Shown: positions 1-10,600 of the stretch, piece by piece | How positions within the stretch are numbered: the stretch's first letter is position 1 | Layout: every line of letters starts with the position of its first letter | NCBI GenBank assembly: GCA_025459175.1 | Contig: JALORC010000003.1 | Location: forward strand, 6,819 to 70,818 | DNA: 64,000 bases | DNA from: Planctomycetota bacterium | Lineage (GTDB): Bacteria; Planctomycetota; UBA1135; UBA2386 | Direction of reading: 5' to 3' | The notes under the pieces: model-generated | Told to the model about the DNA's origin: nothing | The model's input: only the letters and a program-made list of their open reading frames with translations | Databases searched by the model: none | Position numbers and translations under genes: made by a program

Positions 1-166
1 GGCCGCCCGCCCCGGCGCGGAACGGCGACGGCGGCGCCAGCAGCACAGCGACGCGGTCGCGGTGCACGCGGCCGACCACTTCGCCGCCGGCGCACCACGG
101 CACGAACGCGTCGAGGTCGGCGCGATGGCAGACGGCGATGCGCTGCAGCAGACGGGTTTCGATCAT
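1..166 (-). CDS. N-terminal part of a probable DUF4743/NUDIX-type hydrolase (runs off the window)
   Basis: Manual translation from ATG at 166: MIETRLLQRIAVCHRADLDAFVPWCAGGEVVGRVHRDRV..., resembling the N-terminus of DUF4743-NUDIX proteins; divergent from the FIST gene. Confidence 0.5.
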   Translation of the reverse strand, partial: MIETRLLQRIAVCHRADLDAFVPWCAGGEVVGRVHRDRVAVLLAPPSPFRAGAGG

Positions 167-261
167 GACCAACGGCGGCTCATCGCCAGCGGCTCGCGCT
201 CGGATGCGGTGGCTCGATGCAGTATAGGAACAGGCGCGTAACGACCATCGCTGCTGCCGTC

Positions 262-1425
262 ATGCAGTTCCACAGTGCCATCGCCACCGGAGCCGACCTC
301 GAAGCCGCCTGCCGCAGCACGGCCATCGCGGTGCGCAGCGGGCTCGGCCCGGGCCCGGTCGACTTCGCCATCGTGTTCGCACAGCCGCGCTACGGCGCCG
401 TCATCGAGCGCCTGCCGGTCCTGATGCACGACCTGCTGGGGGCGCGCACCCTGGTCGGCTGCAGCGGCGGCGCCATCACCGATCGCCGGCGCACGGTCGA
501 CAACCGCCACGCGCTGGTGGTGCTCGCCGGTCGACTGCCCGGGGTCCGGATCGACGCGGTCGCGGTCAGCAATGCCGATCTGCCGAGCGCCGACGCACCC
601 CCCTCGGCGTGGCGCGATCTGTTGCCGCCGACGGCCAGCCCGAGGGCCGGCTTCCTGGTCCTCGGCGAACCGTTCCACTTCGACACCCAGGCGCTGCTCG
701 CGGGCCTCGACTTCGGCTTTCCGGGCCTGCCGAAGGTCGGCGGTATCGCCAGCGGCAGCCGGCACCCCGACGGCCACGCGCTGTTCGTCGACCGCAGCAC
801 GTTCCACCATGGCGCGGTGATCGTGTCGCTGGCCGGCGACGTGCAGCTCGACACGATCGTGGCCCCGGGCGGCCGGCCGTTCGGGCGGGTCGGCCGGGTC
901 ACCAAGGCCGATCACAACCGGCTGCTGATGGTCGACAACGTTCCCGCGGGCCAGTTCGTCGCCGACCAGCTGGCGGCGCTCGGCGAGTCGGACCGCTCGA
1001 TCGCCGAGCAGAGCCCGCTGTTCCTCGGCATCGCCTGCGATCCGTTCGCCGAACGCCCGGCGGCCGACGAGTTCCTGGTCCGCCACGTGGTCGGCGTCGA
1101 CCAGGAAGGTCACCTCGTCATCGCCGATCCGGTCACGGTCGGGCGTTCGGTGCAACTGCACATGCGCGACAGCGGCACCAGCAGTCGCGAACTGCGGCGG
1201 CGCCTGCAGCGCGCCGATCTGGGTCGCTGCGCGGCGGCCCTGATGTTCCGGTGCCTGGGGCGGCAGAGTGCGGATCGCGAGACGTTCGCCGCGATCGGTG
1301 GCCAGGTGCCGCTGGCCGGCTTCCACTGCAACGGCGAGATCGCGCCGCTCGGGGCGTCGACGTTCCTGCACGGCCATGCGGCGGTGCTGGCGCTGCTGCG
1401 ACCCCGCACCGAGGCGCGACCGTGA
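262..1425 (+). CDS. FIST N/C domain signal-transduction protein (NosP-like)
   Basis: LVGCSGG, KVGGIASG, RPFGRVGRVT, FLVRHVVGVD, FRCLGR and LAGFHCNGEIAP are characteristic FIST motifs. Start chosen at MQFHSA (262); the ORF is open from 217. Confidence 0.85.
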   Translation: MQFHSAIATGADLEAACRSTAIAVRSGLGPGPVDFAIVFAQPRYGAVIERLPVLMHDLLGARTLVGCSGGAITDRRRTVDNRHALVVLAGRLPGVRIDAVAVSNADLPSADAPPSAWRDLLPPTASPRAGFLVLGEPFHFDTQALLAGLDFGFPGLPKVGGIASGSRHPDGHALFVDRSTFHHGAVIVSLAGDVQLDTIVAPGGRPFGRVGRVTKADHNRLLMVDNVPAGQFVADQLAALGESDRSIAEQSPLFLGIACDPFAERPAADEFLVRHVVGVDQEGHLVIADPVTVGRSVQLHMRDSGTSSRELRRRLQRADLGRCAAALMFRCLGRQSADRETFAAIGGQVPLAGFHCNGEIAPLGASTFLHGHAAVLALLRPRTEARP

Positions 1426-3107
1426 ACAAGGCCCGCATCCTGATCGAGAACTGGCTGCACCTGGATTTCTTCGGCGACGCGCGGCGACTGGGCAGCAACC
1501 AGAGCAGCAGCCTGACGACGACGATCTTCGCGCAGTCGTTCCTGGCCTTCCTGTTCGCGGCGATGCTGTATCCGGAAGTGCCGCCGGTGCCGTTCGCGGC
1601 CGCCAACCTGTGCCTGTCGTCGCTGTTGGTGGCGATCGGCTCGCTCGGCGACGAGAGCCGGCCCGGGCGCCGCGCCGCCGACGAACTGCTGCTGGCGACC
1701 TCGCCGGTGCCGCGCCTCGCCGTGGCGATGGCTCGCGCCGGACACGCCGCGTTCTACGTGGTGCTGGTCACGATCGGCATGGCGCTGCCGCCGGGGATCC
1801 TGCTGGCGTGCTGGCTCGACGAACCGATGCAAGCGCTGGCCTACGTCGGCTGCGCCTGCGCCTGCAGCGGCCTCGCCACCGGCGCGCTCGGCGTCGTCGC
1901 GCGCGCCACCGAGCGCTGGCTCGGCACCGACCGCACCGCGCTGCTGCTCGGCACCTCGAAGGCGCTGCTGCTCGGCGGCGGCCTGGTGCTGTTCGCGTTG
2001 GGCCTGCAGCGGCTGCAGGCGACCGCCGACGCGCTGCCGATCGGTCGGTTCGGCGCCGAACTGCTGCCGCCGTACCAGGCGGCACTCTGGCTGCGCGCCC
2101 CGGCGACCGAGAGCTGGCGACTGGTGCCGTTCGCCTTGGGCGGCGCCGTGCTGCTGCTGCTGGCGATGCTGTTCGGCGGCCGCACCGCGGTGCGCGCGCG
2201 GCGCAACCGACACAGCGGCGCGCTCGGCTGGCTGCTGCGGCGGCTGTGCGGCAGCGGACCGCGGCTCGGCATCGCCGAGTTCACGGCCACCAACATGTGG
2301 CGCAGCGCCGGCTTCCGCGCCCGGGTGTTGCCACTGCTCGGCGTGCCGGCCGGCATGGCGTTCCTGTCGCTGCGCGGCAGCGGCGATGGCGAGGGCTTCG
2401 TGCTGCTGTGCCTGCTGCTGCAGTTGCCGGCGATCTACCTGCCGTTCCTGATCGCGTTCCTGCCGCGCGCCGACCAACCGGGCACCAGCTGGGTGTTCGA
2501 CCAGGCGCCCACGCTCGATCCGGCGCTGGTGCGCGACGCGACCTGGCGCGCGCTGGTGAGCCATGTGCTGCTGCCGGTGCAGGCGTTGACGCTGGTGCTG
2601 CTCTTGCTGTCGAGTCGCGTCCCGCTCGCGGCGACCAGCGCCGCGCTGTTCGCGGCCGGTCTCGCGGTCCTGGCGGCGCGACTCATGGTGCGCGCGCTGC
2701 CGGGGGTGCCGTTCACGCGCAATCAAGAAGGCGACCAGGGCGCCGACCTCGGCTCGGCGTTCGCCGCCGCACTGATCCTCGGCGGGCTCGGCACCGGCTT
2801 CGGCATCGCGCTGCCGACGAATCTGCGGTGGCCGGTGGCGATCGCCGCGTGTGCGGCGGCCGCGCTGGCGCTGCGATCGCGGCCGCAGGCCAGCGCCGAA
2901 CCGCTGCATGGCCGGCAGGAACGGACCCCGGAGCGAGCCCAGATCGAGGCGGCCGGGGCGCCGGAAGCGGCTGTAGCGGCAGAAGATCGACGCGCAACGC
3001 CGGCGGCAGCACCAACCTCGCTCGGCCGCGAACTGCGCGCCATCGGGGTGCTCTACGTCGCCGTGTGTGTGCTGCCGCTGCTGGTTGGCACGATGTTCGC
3101 GCGGTGA
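1422..3107 (+). CDS. Polytopic membrane protein (ABC-2 permease-like, unassigned)
   Basis: GTG start overlaps the FIST stop (GTGA); more than 10 hydrophobic segments in the 3' part of ORF 609..3107. Confidence 0.7.
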   Translation: MNKARILIENWLHLDFFGDARRLGSNQSSSLTTTIFAQSFLAFLFAAMLYPEVPPVPFAAANLCLSSLLVAIGSLGDESRPGRRAADELLLATSPVPRLAVAMARAGHAAFYVVLVTIGMALPPGILLACWLDEPMQALAYVGCACACSGLATGALGVVARATERWLGTDRTALLLGTSKALLLGGGLVLFALGLQRLQATADALPIGRFGAELLPPYQAALWLRAPATESWRLVPFALGGAVLLLLAMLFGGRTAVRARRNRHSGALGWLLRRLCGSGPRLGIAEFTATNMWRSAGFRARVLPLLGVPAGMAFLSLRGSGDGEGFVLLCLLLQLPAIYLPFLIAFLPRADQPGTSWVFDQAPTLDPALVRDATWRALVSHVLLPVQALTLVLLLLSSRVPLAATSAALFAAGLAVLAARLMVRALPGVPFTRNQEGDQGADLGSAFAAALILGGLGTGFGIALPTNLRWPVAIAACAAAALALRSRPQASAEPLHGRQERTPERAQIEAAGAPEAAVAAEDRRATPAAAPTSLGRELRAIGVLYVAVCVLPLLVGTMFAR

Positions 3108-3182
3108 TCGGCGCCGGCCGGGTGGTTGTCAGCGTCGCGTCGACTCCATAACGTCTCGACGTTCAGAGCCCGAGGATTGCCC

Positions 3183-3395
3183 ATGGACACATCCGCCGAG
3201 TTGGCGCCTGAGGCCGGTCCCGATCCCATGCCACCGCACCGGCGCCAACGAGCGGTCCAAGGTGGTCCCGCTCCATCCTCCGCCGCTGCGCCCGCCGCGG
3301 GCCGACGGGTCGACCGGGATCCCCGGATCAGCCTCGATCCACTGCGGACGACCGACCGCTACCGCCTGGTGATGCCCTACGCCCAGCGGCTCTGA
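3183..3395 (+). CDS. Small hypothetical protein
   Basis: GAGG upstream of ATG 3183; fills the gap between two + strand genes; no recognised motif. Confidence 0.35.
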   Translation: MDTSAELAPEAGPDPMPPHRRQRAVQGGPAPSSAAAPAAGRRVDRDPRISLDPLRTTDRYRLVMPYAQRL

Positions 3396-3459
3396 CGGCA
3401 GCCCGCGGCCGGCACCGGTCGGAATCAACTCGCGCGGGTAATCGTGCCGATCCAGGCAC

Positions 3460-3819
3460 ATGGAACATGACGACAACCGCCGCCGGGGTTCCCGCGTCCG
3501 GGTTGCTGCCATCGCCGCGCTGGTGACCGAAGGTGCCCTGAACCAAAACAATCAGGCGCTGTGCACGGTCAAGAACGTCTCGCGCACCGGCATCGGCCTC
3601 GAGACCGGACAACCACCGCTGGCCGGCCAGAGCGTCATCGTCCGCCTCGCTCTCGACGACGAGATGCACGAGATGCGCGCCCGCGCGATGCGAGTGCGGC
3701 GCCGTGGCACCACCAACTTCTACGACGTCGGCCTCGACTGGAGCAGCTCGTGCTCGCCGACGCAGCTGGTGTTCCTCGACAAGATCCTCGAGGTCATCGA
3801 GCAGCAGCCGCTCAGCTGA
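3460..3819 (+). CDS. PilZ-domain protein (c-di-GMP receptor-like)
   Basis: RRRGSR (RxxxR) and NVSRTG (D/NxSxxG) motifs; 119 aa. Confidence 0.8.
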   Translation: MEHDDNRRRGSRVRVAAIAALVTEGALNQNNQALCTVKNVSRTGIGLETGQPPLAGQSVIVRLALDDEMHEMRARAMRVRRRGTTNFYDVGLDWSSSCSPTQLVFLDKILEVIEQQPLS

Positions 3820-3844
3820 GCAACTGCGCGCGACGCGCGCGCCG

Positions 3845-4867
3845 TCAATCGCCGTCCGGGGCGTCGAGCAACGCCTGCATGTCCGCCGGCAGCGGCGCGG
3901 TGAAGTTGATCTCGCGCGCCAGCATCGGGTGGAAGAACTGCAGCGTGTGCGAGTGCAGCGCGTGCCGATCGAGCACCAGTCGCTGCCGCTGGGCCTGGTC
4001 CAGCGTGCCGGCGATCTGGTGCAGGAACAGCCGCTCGTCGTGGCCGTAGAGCTTGTCGCCGACCAGCGGACAACCGATCGACGCGAGGTGCACGCGGATC
4101 TGGTGGGTGCGACCGGTCTCCGGCCGCACGTCCAGCAGCGAGTAGCGATCGTTGCCGCGCACATACGCGTAGCGGGTCACCGCCGGCAGACCTTCGCCGG
4201 GCTCGCCGGTGGTCAACTTCAGCCGCACCGTCGACGACCGATCGGGCACCAGCGGCCGATCGATGACGCCGGCCGACTCGGCTGGCCGCCCGTGCACGAC
4301 CGCGAGGTAGCTCTTCTTGACCAGCCGATCCTCGAACTGGCGCGACACGAACTGATGGAACTGCTCGTCGAGGCCGACCGCGACCAGACCCGAGGTCTCG
4401 AGGTCGATCCGGTGCAGCAGCCGCGGCGCGATGTCGCTCTGCGGATCGTCCGGCTTGCGGTAGCGGCGATGCAGTTCCTGGATCAGCGTGCCGGCGAGGT
4501 GGCGGCCCGACGGATGCACCGCCATGCCGGGCGGCTTGTCGACGGCGAGCATCCACTGGTCCTCGTAGAGGATCGGGAAGTCGAGCACGACGCCGGGGTC
4601 CGGCTGCGCCTGCAGCTGGGGCGGGATGTCGATGACGACGACGTCGCCGCACTTCACGCGGCGACCGGGCGCCATGTCGCGCCCGTTGACGCGGACCATG
4701 CCCTGTTCGAGCAAGCGTTGGATGCTCGAACGGGAGCGCCACGTCAGCACGGTCGCCAGCGCCACGTCGAGGCGCTGCCCATCGAGCGCACCGTCGACCA
4801 GGATCTTCACCTGCTCGAGAGGCTTGCTGAGATCGCGCGGGCCTTCGCCGGGGAACTTTGGCAGCAC
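3845..4867 (-). CDS. RluA/RluD-family pseudouridine synthase with S4 domain
   Basis: RLDVAL...SRSSIQ (S4), VDKPPGMAVHP, HRIDLETSG (catalytic Asp), TGRTHQIRVH, GDKLYG. Confidence 0.95.
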   Translation of the reverse strand: MLPKFPGEGPRDLSKPLEQVKILVDGALDGQRLDVALATVLTWRSRSSIQRLLEQGMVRVNGRDMAPGRRVKCGDVVVIDIPPQLQAQPDPGVVLDFPILYEDQWMLAVDKPPGMAVHPSGRHLAGTLIQELHRRYRKPDDPQSDIAPRLLHRIDLETSGLVAVGLDEQFHQFVSRQFEDRLVKKSYLAVVHGRPAESAGVIDRPLVPDRSSTVRLKLTTGEPGEGLPAVTRYAYVRGNDRYSLLDVRPETGRTHQIRVHLASIGCPLVGDKLYGHDERLFLHQIAGTLDQAQRQRLVLDRHALHSHTLQFFHPMLAREINFTAPLPADMQALLDAPDGD

Positions 4868-4901
4868 CGTGATCGAGCGGCGGCGCGCAGGCCGCCGCCG
4901 A

Positions 4902-5228
4902 CTATTCGCCGGACTTCTGGATCGTCGTGTCGGCGGTCAACGGATCGAAATCCGGCTGATCCGAGTTGCGGCGATCGTTGCCCTTGCCCGCCTTGGCGCG
5001 GCGCTTCTTGTTGGAACGCCCCACCGGCGCCCCACCACCGCGCTTGCGCTCGGCCATGACGATGTTGCGCAGACGCTCACGCTCTTCGCGGCGACGGCGA
5101 TCGCTGGTCTTCTCGTGGTAGGCGTGCTTCTTGGCGAGACGGAAGATGCCCGCGTAGTTGCACTGGCGCTTGAAGCGACGCAGAGCAGCTTCCAGCGGCT
5201 CGTTCGGACGGACCTGGACTCGGATCAT
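4902..5228 (-). CDS. rpsU: 30S ribosomal protein S21 with C-terminal extension
   Basis: MIRVQVRPNEPLEAALRRFKRQC...YHEKTSDRRRR is the S21 signature; ATG at 5228; 108 aa. Confidence 0.9.
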   Translation of the reverse strand: MIRVQVRPNEPLEAALRRFKRQCNYAGIFRLAKKHAYHEKTSDRRRREERERLRNIVMAERKRGGGAPVGRSNKKRRAKAGKGNDRRNSDQPDFDPLTADTTIQKSGE

Positions 5229-5397
5229 GCGAAAAGGGAGGAACGCTCGGAGCGGATCGGACGGACTGCCGCGGCCAGGACCGGTTGGCACCGACGAGTG
5301 GCGTCGCTGACGTTGACGACACTCCCTGGACTGGCGAAAGGGCGAGGCAGGATACAGAATCGCGCCCGGAGGGCAATGCTGCCTTCCACCCGCCGCG

Positions 5398-7656
5398 ATG
5401 ACGACTCCCAGCCCCGAACGCGCGGTGACCTTGCAGGGCACGATCGAGCGCTTCACGTTCCGCAACCCGGACACCGGCTGGGCCGTCGTGAAGCTGATCG
5501 ACGAAGCCACCGGGCGGCCGCTGACCGCGGTCGGATCGATGGCAGAACTCAAGGAAGGACAGAGGCTTAAGATCACCGGCACGGAATCCGCCCACGCCAA
5601 GTTCGGGCTCCAGGTCAAGGTCGACCAGTTCGAGGCGATCGCGCCGTGCAGCGTCGAAGGCATCGAAGCCTACCTCGCCTCGGGGCTGGTGAAGGGCATC
5701 GGCCCGGGCACCGCGAAGAAGATCACCGCCGCGTTCGGGCTCGACACGCTGCGGGTCGTCGAGGAGCAGCCCGAGCGGCTGCGCCAGGTGCGCGGCCTCG
5801 GCGACCGGCGCATCGAGGACCTGCAGCAAGCGGTGCGGGCGCAGAAGGACCTGCAGAACGTGCTGGTGTTCCTGCGCACCTACGGGCTCGGCGCGGCGCT
5901 GGCGGCGCGCATCGTGCGCCGCCATGGTGCCAACGCGTCGGCGCTGGTGCAGGCCAACCCGTACCGGCTCGCCGACGAGGGCATCGGCATCGGCTTCCGC
6001 ACCGCGGACCGCCTGGCGGGCCAGCTCGGCATCGCGCCGGAGGCCCCCGAACGACTCGCCGCCGGACTGGAGTTCACGCTCGCGCAGGCGGCGAAGGAAG
6101 GGCACTGCTTCCTGCCGGAGCACGAACTGCTGGAACGCACGGCCGAACTGCTCGCCAGCACCACCGCGGCGCTGCAGCCGCACGTGGTCGAGCTCGCGCA
6201 CGCGGGCCGCATCGCGCGCCAGCTGCCGCCCGGGCCGGCGCTGCTGCACGAGGATCCGCGCCCGATCGTCTACCCGGTGACGCTGGCGACCGCCGAAGCG
6301 GGCGTCGCGCGCGCGCTCGACGGGTTGTTGCGCGGCGACCGCGAACGTCTGCCGGTGCGGCCGGACGCCGCCGTGGCGTGGTTCGAGCAGACCTCGGGCA
6401 TGGCGCTGCCGGACGGGCAGCGCACGGCGCTGGTGCGAGCGCTGTCCGAACCGGTGTCGGTGATCACCGGCGGTCCGGGCGTCGGCAAGACCACGATCGT
6501 GCGCGCGCTGGTGCAGATCCTGGCCCAGAAGGACCGGCGCCTGCTGCTGGCGGCGCCGACCGGGCGCGCCGCCAAGCGCCTCGAGGAATCGACGGGTCAT
6601 CCGGCGACGACGTTGCACCGGTTGCTCGAGTTCACGCCGGGGATCGGCCGCTTCGCCCGGTCGCAGAACAACCTGCTCGAAGGCGACCTGCTGGTCGTCG
6701 ACGAGGCGTCGATGCTCGACATCCAGCTCGCCTATTCGCTGCTGGCGGCGGTGCCGAGGACGATGTCGCTGGTGCTGGTCGGCGACTGCAACCAGCTGCC
6801 GTCGGTGGGCCCGGGCAACGTGCTCGCCGACGTGCTGGCGAGCGGCCGCGTGCCGACCACGGCCCTGACGCAGATCTTCCGCCAGCAGCGCGGCTCCGAC
6901 ATCGTGCGCGTCGCGCACGGCATCCTGCAGGACGAGGTGCCGGCGAGCGGCGGCGAGGGCAGCGACTTCTACTTCGTCGAGGCGCGCAATGCCGCGCACG
7001 CGAGGCTGCTGATCCGCGAGCTGGTGATGCAGCGCATCCCGCGCCGGTTCGGGCTCGATCCGCAGCGCGACGTGCAGGTGCTGTGCCCGATGTACCGCGG
7101 CGAGGTCGGCGCCGACACGATCAATCGCGACCTGCAGGACCTGCTCAACCCCGGCCAGATCGAGATCGAGCGCGGCGGCAAGATCTATCGCACCGGCGAC
7201 AAGGTGATGCAGATCCGCAACGACTACGACCGCGAGGTCTGGAACGGCGACGTCGGCCGCATCACGCACATCGACACCGGCGCCGCGAAGGCGTTCGTGC
7301 GCTTCCCGGAGCGCGAACAGGAGTACCGCTTCGAGGATCTCGGCGACCTGGTGCCGGCCTACGCGATCTCGGTGCACCGCTCGCAGGGCAGCGAGTACCC
7401 GGCGGTCGTGCTGCCGATCACGACCGATCACTTCCTGATGCTGCGGCGCAGTCTGCTCTACACGGCGATCACGCGCGGCAAGCAGCTGGTGGTCGTGGTC
7501 GGCTCGCGCAAGGCGCTCGAACAGGCCGTGCACAACGCCGACGACGGGCACCGCTACTCGGGCCTGCGCGAACGCCTGCGCGACCTCGTGCGCGCCGACG
7601 GCATCCACCCGGAGCGCGCGGCTGGCGGTGCGCCGCCGCGGCAGCACGAAGCCTGA
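5398..7656 (+). CDS. recD2: ATP-dependent RecD-like DNA helicase (RecD2)
   Basis: HhH motif KGIGPGTA, NPYRLA, Walker A ITGGPGVGKTT, APTGRAAKRL, VDEASMLD, GDKVMQIRNDY, AYAISVHRSQGSEY, LLYTAITRGK. Confidence 0.95.
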   Translation: MTTPSPERAVTLQGTIERFTFRNPDTGWAVVKLIDEATGRPLTAVGSMAELKEGQRLKITGTESAHAKFGLQVKVDQFEAIAPCSVEGIEAYLASGLVKGIGPGTAKKITAAFGLDTLRVVEEQPERLRQVRGLGDRRIEDLQQAVRAQKDLQNVLVFLRTYGLGAALAARIVRRHGANASALVQANPYRLADEGIGIGFRTADRLAGQLGIAPEAPERLAAGLEFTLAQAAKEGHCFLPEHELLERTAELLASTTAALQPHVVELAHAGRIARQLPPGPALLHEDPRPIVYPVTLATAEAGVARALDGLLRGDRERLPVRPDAAVAWFEQTSGMALPDGQRTALVRALSEPVSVITGGPGVGKTTIVRALVQILAQKDRRLLLAAPTGRAAKRLEESTGHPATTLHRLLEFTPGIGRFARSQNNLLEGDLLVVDEASMLDIQLAYSLLAAVPRTMSLVLVGDCNQLPSVGPGNVLADVLASGRVPTTALTQIFRQQRGSDIVRVAHGILQDEVPASGGEGSDFYFVEARNAAHARLLIRELVMQRIPRRFGLDPQRDVQVLCPMYRGEVGADTINRDLQDLLNPGQIEIERGGKIYRTGDKVMQIRNDYDREVWNGDVGRITHIDTGAAKAFVRFPEREQEYRFEDLGDLVPAYAISVHRSQGSEYPAVVLPITTDHFLMLRRSLLYTAITRGKQLVVVVGSRKALEQAVHNADDGHRYSGLRERLRDLVRADGIHPERAAGGAPPRQHEA

Positions 7657-7684
7657 GCGGCTGGCGCAGGGCGGGACCTCGCCG

Positions 7685-10600
7685 TCAGCTGCCGATCTGG
7701 ATCTGCAGCCCACCGCTCAACGCCAGGCCGAGGAAGGGCCCAGCCGGGTCGAGCACCGCCCACTGGAAGAACAGGTTGCTGCCGACCAGCGTCGGCACCG
7801 CCGGGATCGGCACCGGCGCGCTGCCGGAGCCCGCGCCGTCGAGGAACACCGTCGCGCCGGAGCCGATCGGGAAGTCGAGCAGCGCGCGGCACAGCCCGAG
7901 CGCGATGTTCGACGAGCCACCGGACCAGAACTGCACCGCGGCGGAGTTCGGCAGGCCCTGCGCGATCGTGTTCGCGAACGCCGCGTTGCCGACCGTCGGC
8001 AGCCCCGCGGCACCGTTGCCCGGCACGCCGTTCGACCCGGCGCAACCGAGCCCGTACGGCAACACGAACGCGATGCCGGCCCCGCTCGGGTCGTAGACCC
8101 ACGGCTCGATGCCGTTGATGCCGTCGTCGCAGGCGAAGTAGGTCTTGCTGCCGAGGCTGAAGAACTGGCTCAGCGACACCGCGCCGACCCCACCACCACC
8201 GAAGTTCGAGACCTGGCGCGTGTTCGCCGCGGTGCCGTCGGACAGCCACAGCTGCAGACCGCTCGCCAGATCGACGGCACCGAACAGCACCTGCGTGCCA
8301 CCGAGTGCAGCGGTCACGGTGCCGGCGAGCGGACCGTTCGCGAGCCCCGGCGCGACGTCGGCGACGAGGCGCGTGCCGATCGTCGTGCCGTCGGTGAGCC
8401 ACAGCTCGGTGCCGGCCCCGGTCAGGTCGTCGTGCAGGAAGAACAGCCCCGCCTGCGTCGCCACCAGATCGGTGTACGGAGTGAGTCGGCCGAACGCGGT
8501 CGTGGTGACCGGCACCGTGCCGAGCGCGGTGCCGTCGCTGACCCAGAGCTCGCGCTGCCCCGCCACCACCGCCGTGAAGAACAGCCGATTGCCGGCAGCC
8601 ACCAGTCGGTCCGGCGTCGAACTCACGAGGCCCGGTGCCAGATCGCGCACCAGCATCGTGCCGCCCGGCGTGCCGTCCGATCGCCAGAGTTCGCGCCCTG
8701 AGCCGGCGATCTGTGCGGTGAAGTAGCAGATCGAGCCCACGGCGCAGAGTTCGTCCGGCTGCGAGTTCGCGCTGCCGGGGTTGAGGTCGAGGCCGAACGT
8801 GCCCGCCGCCGTCCCGTCGGTGATCCACAACTCCGCACCGGCCAGGCCGTCGTTGGCGGTGAAGAACGCGCGGCTGCCGGCGGCGGTGAAGTTCTCGGCC
8901 AACAGCGAGAAGCTGTCGGCGCTGCCCGGCCGGATGTCGCGCAGCTCGAACGTGCCGACCGCGGTGCCGTCGCTGACCCAGAGCTCGCGACCGTTCGCCG
9001 AGATGCCCGAGAACAGCACCAGCGAGCCCAGCGTCGCGAGGCCGCGCGGCGCCACCGCCGGCACCTGGAACGTCAGCCTGGTCGTGACCCCGGTCAGCGA
9101 ATCGCTGCGGAACAGCTGCTGCCCCTGCTGGAACAGATTGCCGACGCAGAACACGTCGCTGCCGCGCGTCGTCGGATACTCCGGGTTGGAGCCGAACGAA
9201 CCCGGCTGCAGGTCGATCAGCATCGACGTCCCGGCCAGCGTGCCGTCGCTGACGTACGGCTCGGTGCCGTTGTTGTTGCTGCCGGCGGCGAACCAGACCC
9301 GACCGCCGTAGTCGCGGAAGTCGCGCGGCGAGCTGCTGGTGTAGGGCCGATTCACGTCCGCGAGCAGCAGCGTGCCGGCCACGGTGCCGTCGGTGCGGCA
9401 CGGCTCGTCACCGGCACCGCCGAACGCGGACGTCATCAGCACCGACGCGCCGAACGCGGTGATCGCATCCGGTACCGTCGACAGGTTGCCCGTCGACAGA
9501 TCGGCGACCAGCGCGGTGCCGGCGATGGTGCCATCGGTGCGGTGCAGTTCGACGCCTACCGACGGCGCCTGCGCCGCGAACCACAGCTCGGTGCCGATCG
9601 GTGCGAACGCGCCGGGGTTCGACGAACCCGAGCCCGGGATCAGATCCGCGAGCCGGAACGTGCCCGGACCGGTGCCGTCGCTGCGCCACGGCTCGCGCCC
9701 CGCTGCGTCGACCGCGCTGAACACGACCACGCTGCCGATCGTGGTCAGCTCGACAGGATCACCGCCGACCGGCCCCGGCTGCAGGTCGGCGACCAGCTGC
9801 GTGCCCACCGCGGTGCCGTCGGTGCGGTAGAGCTCGCGGCCGACGCCGGCGCCATCGGCGGAGAACCATGCAGTGCTGCCGGTGGTGACGAACTCGCGCG
9901 GCAGCGACCCGGTGGCGCCCGGCTGCAGTTCGGCGAGCTGGAACGTGCCGGCCGGGGTGCCATCGCTGACGAACGGTTCCTGGCCACCGCCGACCTCGGC
10001 TGCGAACAACAGCCGCGCGCCGAAGGCCGCCAACTGCGTGTAGGTCGTGTTCCCTGTGCCTGGGTTCAGATCGGCCACCAGCGTGGTGCCGAGCGCGGTG
10101 CCGTCCGTGCGATGCAGTTCGAAACCGGTGGCGGTCGTCTGGGCGACGAAAAACAACGTCGAGCCGACCACGGTCAACTGCGCCGGGCTCGAGGACGGTC
10201 CGCCGACGACCAGATCGGCGACCAGCGTGGTGCCCGCCGCCGTGCCGTCGCTGCGCCACAGCTCGGTGCCGGTGCTGCCATCGCTGGCGCTGAAGTAGAC
10301 GAAGCCCCCCATGCGCACGAGATGGTCGGGGTTGCTGGCGGCGGTCCCGGCGCGCAGGTCGCGCACCAGCACGGTGCCGGCGGTGGTGCCGTCGGTCTTC
10401 CACAGCTCGCGGCCGAAGCCCGGCACCTCGGCGGCGAACAGGACCTCGCTGCCGAGCACCACGAAGTCGTCGGGGAAGCTGTTGCCCGCCGGCATCAGGT
10501 CCAGCAGCAGATGCGTGCCCGCCTGGCTGCCGTCGGTGACCCATGGCTCGATGCCATGGCCGCTGGTGGCGCGGAACACGGCGCGATTGCCGATCACGTG

